A stretch of 64,000 bases of DNA from Heterodontus francisci. Lineage: Eukaryota. This document shows positions 54,201 through 64,000 of the stretch, one piece after another. Positions within the stretch are counted from its first letter, which is position 1. Each line of letters opens with the position of its first letter. The translations under genes and the position numbers were made by a program. Location of the stretch: contig NC_090378.1 of the NCBI RefSeq assembly GCF_036365525.1, positions 119,087,593 to 119,151,592 on the forward strand, written 5' to 3'. The notes beneath the pieces were generated by a model. It saw only the letters and a program-made list of their open reading frames with translations, had not been told where the DNA came from and made no database searches.

Positions 54201-57200
54201 GACAGGAGGTGGGACTGTGTGTCCATTATTATATATTATATATAACTGTGGGACGTGTCAGTACAGGAGGTGGGACTGTGTGTCCATTATTATATCTTAT
54301 ATATAACTGTGGGACGTGTCAGTACAGGAGGTGGGACTGTGTGTCCATTATTATATATTATATGTAATTGTGGGACGTGTCAGTACAGGAGGTGGTACTG
54401 TGTGTCCATTATTATATTATATAACTGTGGGATGTGTCAGTACAGGAGGTGGGACTGTGTGTCCATTATTATATATTATATATAACTGTGGGATGTGTCA
54501 GTACAGGAGCTGGGACTGTGTGTCCATTATTATATATTATATATAACAGTGGGATGTGTCAGTACAGGAGGTGGGACTGTGTGTCCATTATTATATTATA
54601 TAACTGTGGGACATGTCAGTACAGGAGGTGGGACTGTGTGTCCATTATTATATTATATAACTGTGGGACATGTCAGTACAGGAGGTGGGACTGTGTGTCC
54701 ATTATTATATATTATATATAACTGTGGGATGTGTCAGTACAGGAGGTGGGACTGTGTGTCCATTATTATATTATATAACTGTGGGAAATGTCAGTACAGG
54801 AAGTGGGACTGTGTGTCCATTATTATATTATATAACTGTGGGACATGTCAGTACAGGAGGTGGGACTGTGTGTCCATTATTATATTATATAACTGTGGGA
54901 CATGTCAGTACAGGAGGTGGGACTGTGTGTCCATTATTATATATTATATATAACTGTGGGATGTGTCAGTACAGGAGGTGGGACTGTGTGTCCATTATTA
55001 TATATTATATATAACTGTGGACGTGTCAGTACAGGAGGTGGGACTGTGTGTCCATTATTATATATTATATATAACTGTGGGACTTGTCAGGACAGGAGGT
55101 GGGACTGTGTGTCCATTATTATATATTATATATAACTGTGGACGTGTCAGTACAGGAGGTGGGACTGTGTGTCCATTATTATATATTATATATAACTGTG
55201 GGATGTGTCAGTACCGGAGGTGGGACTGTGTGTTCATTATTATATCTTATATAGAACTGTGGGACGTGTCAGTGCAGGAGGTGGGACTGTGTGTCCATTA
55301 TTATATTATATAACTGTGGGACGTGTCAGTACAGGAGGTGGGACTGTGTGTCCATTATTATATATTATATATAACTGTGGGATGTGTCAGTACAGGAGGT
55401 GGGACTGTGTGTCCATTATTATATATTATATATAACTGTGGGACGTGTCAGTACAGGAGGTGGGACTGTGTGTCCATTATTATATATTATATATAACTGT
55501 GGGACGTGTCAGTACAGGAGGTGGGACTGTGTGTCCATTATTATATTATATAACTGTGGGACGTGTCAGTACAGGAGGTGGGACTGTGTGTCCATTATTA
55601 TATATTATATATAACTGTGGGACATGTCAGTACAGGAGGTGGGACTGTGTGTCCATTATTATATATTATATATAACTTTGGGACGTGTCAGTACAGGAGG
55701 TGGGACTGTGTGTCCATTATTATATTATATAACTGTGGACGTGTCAGTACAGGAGGTGGGACTGTGTGTCCATTATTATATATTATATATAACTGTGGGA
55801 CATGTCAGTACAGGAGGTGGGACTGTGTGTCCATTATTATATATTATATATAACTTTGGGACGTGTCAGTACAGGAGGTGGGACTGTGTGTCCATTATTA
55901 TATATTATATATAACTGTGGGACATTTCAGTACAGGAGGTGGGACTGTGTGTCCATTATTATATATTATATATAACTGTGGGATGTGTCAGTGCAGGAGG
56001 TGGGACCGTGTGTCCATTATTATATATTACATATAACTGTGGGATGTGTCAGTACAGGAGGTGAGACTGCGTGTCCATTATTATATATTATATATAACTG
56101 TGGGATGTGTCAGTGCAGGAGGTGGGACCGTGTGTCCATTATTATATATTACATATAACTGTGGGATGTGTCAGTGCAGGAGGTGAGACTATGTGTCCAT
56201 TATTATATATTATATATAACTGTGGGATGTGTCAGTCCAGGAGGTGGGACTGTGTGTCCATTATTATATATTATATATAGCTGTGGGATGTGTCAGTACA
56301 GGAGGTGGGACCGTGTGTCCATTATTATATATTACATATAACTGTGGGATGTGTCAGTCCAGGAGGTGGGACTGTGTGTCCATTATTATATATTATATAT
56401 AACTGTGGGATGTGTCAGTCCAGGAGGTGGGACTGTGTGTCCATTATTATATATTATATATAGCTGTGGGATGTGTCAGTACAGGAGGTGGGACCGTGTG
56501 TCCATTATTATATATTACATATAACTGTGGGATGTGTCAGTCCAGGAGGTGGGACTGTGTGTCCATTATTATATATTGTATATAACTGTGGGACGTGTCA
56601 GTCCAGGAGGTGGAACTGTGTGTCCATTATTATATATTGTATATAACTGTGGGATGTGTCAGTACAGGAGGTGGGACTGTGAGTCCATTATTTTTTATTA
56701 TATATATCTGTGGGATGTGTCAGTACAGGAGGTGGGACTGTGTGTCCATTATTATATATTATATATAACTGTGGGATGTGTCAGTACAGGAGGTGGGTCA
56801 GTGTGTCCATTATTATATATTATATATAACTGTGGGATGTGTCAGTCCAGGAGGTGGGACTGTGTGTCCATTATTATATATTATATATAGCTGTGGGATG
56901 TGTCAGTACAGGAGGTGGGACTGTGAGTCCATTATTTTTTATTATATATATCTGTGGGATGTGTCAGTACAGGCGGTGGGACTGTGTGTCCATTATTATA
57001 TATTATATATAACTGTGGGATGTGTCAGTGCAGGAGGTGGGACTGTGTGTCCATTATTATATATTATATATAAATGTGGGATGTGTCAGTACAGGAGGTG
57101 GGACTGTGTGTCCATTATTATATATTATATATAACTGTGGGATGTGTCAGTACAGGAGGTGGGACTGTGTGTCCATTATTATATATTATATATAACTGTG

Positions 57201-60200
57201 GGATGTGTCAGTGCAGGAGGTGGGACTGTGTGTCCATTATTATATATTATATATAACTGTGGGATGTGTCAGTACAGGAGGTGGGACTGAGTGTCCATTA
57301 TTATATATTATATATAACTGTGGGATGTGTCAGTACAGGAGGTGGGACTGTGTGTCCATTATTATTTATTATATATAACTGTGGGATGTGTCAGTACAGG
57401 AGGTGGGACTGTGTGTCCATTATTATTTATTATATATAACTGTGGGATGTGTCAGTCCAGGAGGTGGGACTGTGTGTCCATTATTATATATTATATATAA
57501 CTGTGGGATGTGTCAGTACAGGAGGTGGGACTGTGTGTCCATTATTATTTATTATATATAACTGTGGGATGTGTCAGTACAGGAGGTGGGACTGTGTGTC
57601 CATTATTATTTATTATATATAACTGTGGGATGTGTCAGTCCAGGAGGTGGGACTGTGTGTCCATTATTATATATTATATATAAATGTGGGATGTGTCAGT
57701 ACAGGAGGTGGGACTGTGTGTCCATTATTATATATTATATATAACTGTGGGATGTGTCAGTACAGGAGGTGGGACTGTGTGTCCATTATTATATATTATA
57801 TATAACTGTGGGATGTGTCAGTGCAGGAGGTGGGACTGTGTGTCCATTATTATTTATTATATATAACTGTGGGATGTGTCAGTACAGGAGGTGGGACTGA
57901 GTGTCCATTATTATATATTATATATAACTGTGGGATGTGTCAGTACAGGAGGTGGGACTGTGTGTCCATTATTATTTATTATATATAACTGTGGGATGTG
58001 TCAGTACAGGAGGTGGGACTGTGTGTCCATTATTATTTATTATATATAACTGTGGGATGTGTCAGTCCAGGAGGTGGGACTGTGTGTCCATTATTATATA
58101 TTATATATAACTGTGGGATGTGTCAGTACAGGAGGTGGGACTGTGTGTCCATTATTATATATTATATATAAATGTGGGATGTGTCAGTACAGGAGGTGGG
58201 ACTGTGTGTCCATTATTATATATTATATATAACTGTGGGATGTGTCAGTGCAGGAGGTGGGACTGTGTGTCCATTATTATTTATTATATATAACTGTGGG
58301 ATGTGTCAGTACAGGAGGTGGGACTGAGTGTCCATTATTATATATTATATATAACTGTGGGATGTGTCAGTCCAGGAGGTGAGACGGTGTGTCCATTATT
58401 ATATATTATATATAACTGTGGGATGTGTCAGTCCAGGAGGTGGGACTGTGTGTCCATTATTATATATTATATATAACTGTGGGATGTGTCAGTACAGGAG
58501 GTGGGACCGTGTGTCCATTATTATATATTACATATAACTGTGGGATGTGTCAGTCCAGGAGGTGGGACTGTGTGTCCATTATTATATATTGTATATAACT
58601 GTGGGACGTGTCAGTACAGGAGGTGGGACTGTGTGTCCATTATTATATATTATATATAACTGTGGGACGTGTCAGTACAGGAGGTGGGACTGTGTGTCCA
58701 TTATTATATATTGTACATAACTGTGGGACGTGTCAGTGCAGGAGGTGGGACTGTGTGTCCATTATTATATATTGTATGTAACTGTGGGAAGTGTCAGTAC
58801 AGGAGGTGGGACTGTGTGTCCATTATCATAAATTATATATAACTGTGGGATGTGTCAGTACAGGAGGTGGGACTGCGTGTCCATTATCATATATTATATA
58901 TAACTGTGGGATGTGTCAGTACAGGAGGTGGGACTGTGAGTCCATTATTATATATTATATATAACTTTGGGACGTGTCAGTACAGGAGGTGGGACTGTGT
59001 GTCCATTATTATATTATATAACTGTGGGACGTGTCAGTACAGGAGGTGGGACTGTGTGTCCATTATTATATATTATATATAACTTTGGGACGTGTCAGTA
59101 CAGGAGGTGGGACTGTGTGTCCATTATTATATTATATAACTGTGGGACGTGTCAGTACAGGAGGTGGGACTGTGTGTCCATTATTATATATTATATATAA
59201 CTGTGGGACATGTCAGTACAGGAGGTGGGACTGTGTGTCCATTATTATATATTATATATAACTGTGGGACATTTCAGTACAGGAGGTGGGACCGTGTGTC
59301 CATTATTATATATTATATATAACTGTGGGATGTGTCAGTACAGGAGGTGGGACCGTGTGTCCATTATTATATATTATATATAACTGTGGGATGTGTCAGT
59401 ACAGGAGGTGGGACTGTGTGTCCATTATTATATATTATATATAACTGTGGGATGTGTCAGTGCAGGAGGTGGGACCGTGTTTCCATTATTATATATTACA
59501 TATAACTGTGGGATGTGTCAGTACAGGAGGTGAGACTGCGTGTCCATTATTATATATTATATATACCTGTGGGATGTGTCAGTGCAGGAGGTGGGACCGT
59601 GTGTCCATTATTATATATTACATATAACTGTGGGATGTGTCAGTGCAGGAGGTGAGACTGCGTGTCCATTATTATATATTTTATATAACTGTGGGATGTG
59701 TCAGTCCAGGAGGTGGGACTGTGTGTCCATTATTATATATTATATATAACTGTGGGATGTGTCAGTCCAGGAGGTGGGACTGTGTGTCCATTATTATATA
59801 TTATATATAGCTGTGGGATGTGTCAGTACAGGAGGTGGGACCGTGTGTCCATTATTATATATTACATATAACTGTGGGATGTGTCAGTCCAGGAGGTGGG
59901 ACTGTGTGTCCATTATTATATATTGTATATAACTGTGGGATGTGTCAGTACAGGAGGTGGGACTGTGAGTCCATTATTTTTTATTATATATATCTGTGGG
60001 ATGTGTCAGTACAGGAGGTGGGACTGTGTGTCCATTATTATATATTATATATAACTGTGGGATGTGTCAGTACAGGAGGTGGGTCAGTGTGTCCATTATT
60101 ATATATTATATATAACTGTGGGATGTGTCAGTACAGGAGGTGGGACTGTGAGTCCATTATTTTTTATTATATATATCTGTGGGATGTGTCAGTACAGGCG

Positions 60201-63200
60201 GTGGGACTGTGTGTCCATTATTCTATATTATATATAACTGTGGGATGTGGCAGTGCAGGAGGTGGGACTGTGTGTCCATTATTATTTATTATATATAACT
60301 GTGGGATGTGTCAGTACAGGAGGTGGGACTGAGTGTCCATTATTATATATTATATATAACTGTGGGATGTGTCAGTCCAGGAGGTGAGACGGTGTGTCCA
60401 TTATTATATATTATATATAACTGTGGGATGTGTCAGTCCAGGAGGTGGGACTGTGTGTCCATTATTATATATTATATATAACTGTGGGATGTGTCAGTAC
60501 AGGAGGTGGGACCGTGTGTCCATTATTATATATTACATATAACTGTGGGATGTGTCAGTCCAGGAGGTGGGACTGTGTGTCCATTATTATATATTGTATA
60601 TAACTGTGGGACGTGTCAGTACAGGAGGTGGGACTGTGTGTCCATTATTATATATTATATATAACTGTGGGACGTGTCAGTACAGGAGGTGGGACTGTGT
60701 GTCCATTATTATATATTGTATATAACTGTGGGACGTGTCAGTGCAGGAGGTGGGACTGTGTGTCCATTATTATATATTGTATGTAACTGTGGGAAGTGTC
60801 AGTACAGGAGGTGGGACTGTGTGTCCATTATCATAAATTATATATAACTGTGGGATGAGTCAGTACAGGAGGTGGGACTGCGTGTCCATTATCATATATT
60901 ATATATAACTGTGGGATGTGTCAGTACAGGAGGTGGGACTGTGAGTCCATTATTTTTTATTATATATATCTGTGGGATGTGTCAGTACAGGCGGTGGGAC
61001 TGTGTGTCCATTATTATATATTATATATAACTGTGGGATGTGTCAGTACAGGAGGTGGGACTGTGAGTCCATTATTTTTTATTATATATATCTGTGGGAT
61101 GTGTCAGTACAGGCGGTGGGACTGTGTGTCCATTATTATATATTATATATAAGTGTGGGATGTGTCAGTACAGGAGGTGGGACTGTGTGTCCATTATTAT
61201 ATATTATATATAAGTGTGGGATGTGTCAGTACAGGAGGTGGGACTATGTGTCCATTATTATATATTATATATAACTGTGGGACGTGTCAGTACAGGAGAT
61301 GGGACTGTGTGTCCATTATTATATATTATATATAACTGTGGGACGTGTCAGTACAGGAGATGGGACTGTGTGTCCATTATTATATATTATATATAACTGT
61401 GGGAGGTGTCAGTACAGGAGGTGGGACTGTGTGTCCATTATTATATTATATAACTGTGGGACGTGTCAGGACAGGAGGTGGGACTGTGTGTCCATTATTA
61501 TATATTATATATAACTGTGGGACGTGTCAGTACAGGAGGTGGGACTGTGTGTCCATTATTATAACTTATATATAACTGTGGGACATGTCAGTACAGGAGG
61601 TGGGACTGTGTGTCCATTATTATATATTATATATAACTGTGGGATGTGTCAGTACAGGAGGTGGGACTGAGTGTCCATTATTATATATTATATATAACTG
61701 TGGGATGTGTCAGTCCAGGAGGTGAGACGGTGTGTCCATTATTATATATTATATATAACTGTGGGATGTGTCAGTCCAGGAGGTGGGACTGTGTGTCCAT
61801 TATTATATATTATATATAACTGTGGGATGTGTCAGTACAGGAGGTGGGACCGTGTGTCCATTATTATATATTACATATAACTGTGGGATGTGTCAGTCCA
61901 GGAGGTGGGACTGTGTGTCCATTATTATATATTGTATATAACTGTGGGACGTGTCAGTACAGGAGGTGGGACTGTGTGTCCATTATTATATATTATATAT
62001 AACTGTGGGACGTGTCAGTACAGGAGGTGGGACTGTGTGTCCATTATTATATATTGTATATAACTGTGGGACGTGTCAGTGCAGGAGGTGGGACTGTGTG
62101 TCCATTATTATATATTGTATGTAACTGTGGGAAGTGTCAGTACAGGAGGTGGGACTGTGTGTCCATTATCATAAATTATATATAACTGTGGGATGAGTCA
62201 GTACAGGAGGTGGGACTGCGTGTCCATTATCATATATTATATATAACTGTGGGATGTGTCAGTACAGGAGGTGGGACTGTGAGTCCATTATTTTTTATTA
62301 TATATATCTGTGGGATGTGTCAGTACAGGCGGTGGGACTGTGTGTCCATTATTATATATTATATATAACTGTGGGATGTGTCAGTACAGGAGGTGGGACT
62401 GTAAGTCCATTATTTTTTATTATATATATCTGTGGGATGTGTCAGTACAGGCGGTGGGACTGTGTGTCCATTATTATATATTATATATAAGTGTGGGATG
62501 TGTCAGTACAGGAGGTGGGACTGTGTGTCCATTATTATATATTATATATAAGTGTGGGATGTGTCAGTACAGGAGGTGGGACTATGTGTCCATTATTATA
62601 TATTATATATAGCTGTGGGACGTGTCAGTACAGGAGATGGGACTGTGTGTCCATTATTATATATTATATATAACTGTGGGACGTGTCAGTACAGGAGATG
62701 GGACTGTGTGTCCATTATTATATATTATATATAACTGTGGGAGGTGTCAGTACAGGAGGTGGGACTGTGTGTCCATTATTATATTATATAACTGTGGGAC
62801 GTGTCAGGACAGGAGGTGGGACTGTGTGTCCATTATTATATATTATATATAACTGTGGGATGTGTCAGTACAGGAGGTGGGACTGTGTGTCCATTATTAT
62901 AACTTATATATAACTGTGGGACATGTCAGTACAGGAGGTGGGACTGTGTGTCCATTATTATATATTATATATAACTGTGGGACGTGTCAGTACAGGAGGT
63001 GGGACTGTGTGTCCATTATTATATATTATATGTAATTGTGGGACGTGTCAGTACAGGAGGTGGTACTGTGTGTCCATTATTATATTATATAACTGTGGGA
63101 TGTGTCAGTACAGGAGGTGGGACTGTGTGTCCATTATTATACATTATATATAACTGTGGGACGTGTCAGTACAGGAGCTGGGACTGTGTGTCCATTATTA

Positions 63201-64000
63201 TATATTATATATAACAGTGGGATGTGTCAGTACAGGAGGTGGGACTGTGTGTCCATTATTATATTATATAACTGTGGGACATGTCAGTACAGGAGGTGGG
63301 ACTGTGTGTCCATTATTATATATTATATATAACAGTGGGATGTGTCAGTACAGGAGGTGGGACTGTGTGTCCATTATTATATTATATAACTGTGGGACAT
63401 GTCAGTACAGGAGGTGGGACTGTGTGTCCATTATTATATTATATAACTGTGGGACATGTCAGTACAGGAGGTGGGACTGTGTGTCCATTATTATATATTA
63501 TATATAACTGTGGGATGTGTCAGTACAGGAGGTGGGACTGTGTGTCCATTATTATATTATATAACTGTGGGACATGTCAGTACAGGAGGTGGGACTGTGT
63601 GTCCATTATTATATATTATATATAACTGTGGGATGTGTCAGTACAGGAGGTGGGACTGTGTGTCCATTATTATATTATATAACTGTGGGACATGTCAGTA
63701 CAGGAGGTGGGACTGTGTGTCCATTATTATATTATATAACTGTGGGACGTGTCAGTACAGGAGGTGGGACTGTGTGTCCATTATTATATATTATATATAA
63801 CTTTGGGACGTGTCAGTACAGGAGGTGGGACTGTGTGTCCATTATTATATTATATAACTGTGGGACGTGTCAGTACAGGAGGTGGGACTGTGTGTCCATT
63901 ATTATATATTATATATAACTGTGGGACATGTCAGTACAGGAGGTGGGACTGTGTGTCCATTATTATATATTATATATAACTGTGGGACATTTCAGTACAG
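18228..64000. repeat. 61-bp tandem satellite array (>45 kb, ~750 copies, runs off the window end) with 57-bp and 63-bp variants
   Basis: Unit ATAACTGTGGGATGTGTCAGTACAGGAGGTGGGACTGTGTGTCCATTATTATATATTATAT. 57-bp units have a shortened AT tract and 63-bp units have CAGTATACAGG. I saw no non-repeat interruption while reading through. Confidence 0.98.

Noticed and set aside
18443-63979. Hundreds of short Cys/Tyr-rich ORFs (MSVQEVGLCVHYYILYITVG...)
   Set aside because: They come from the 61-bp unit cycling through three frames with a stop about every 183 bp. They are not zinc-finger or keratin-associated genes.
18228-64000. CRISPR-like array
   Set aside because: There are no unique spacers (units are contiguous tandem copies), the context is eukaryotic and no cas genes are present.

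Overview
Vertebrate genomic DNA, almost certainly from a shark or other elasmobranch, judging by the Ig light-chain sequence and the HE1/V-SINE and CR1-type repeats. About 85% of the window is two tandem arrays: a 45-bp repeat (1-8609, ~190 copies) and a 61-bp repeat (~18228 to the window end, ~750 copies). Nearly all ORFs in the supplied track are translation artefacts of these arrays. The ~9.6-kb island between them holds part of an immunoglobulin light-chain cluster on the minus strand, of the cartilaginous-fish kappa / type III / NS4 class. It has one unrearranged J segment (14067-14101, LTFGKGTKLRL) with a 23-bp-spacer RSS, a 4.0-kb J-C intron, an intact constant exon (9715-10043) and a polyA signal. 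No V segment or leader is visible. Upstream of J lie a compound microsatellite with an assembly gap, a decayed CR1 LINE with two nested SINEs, and then more than 45 kb of satellite. The main leads are: (1) an orphan RSS 3' of C plus an isolated intronic heptamer, arranged like the mammalian kappa-deleting element; (2) the missing or very distant V; (3) an RSS-like nonamer-23-heptamer geometry in each full-length 61-bp satellite unit. These three are hypotheses from motif geometry, not demonstrated functions.
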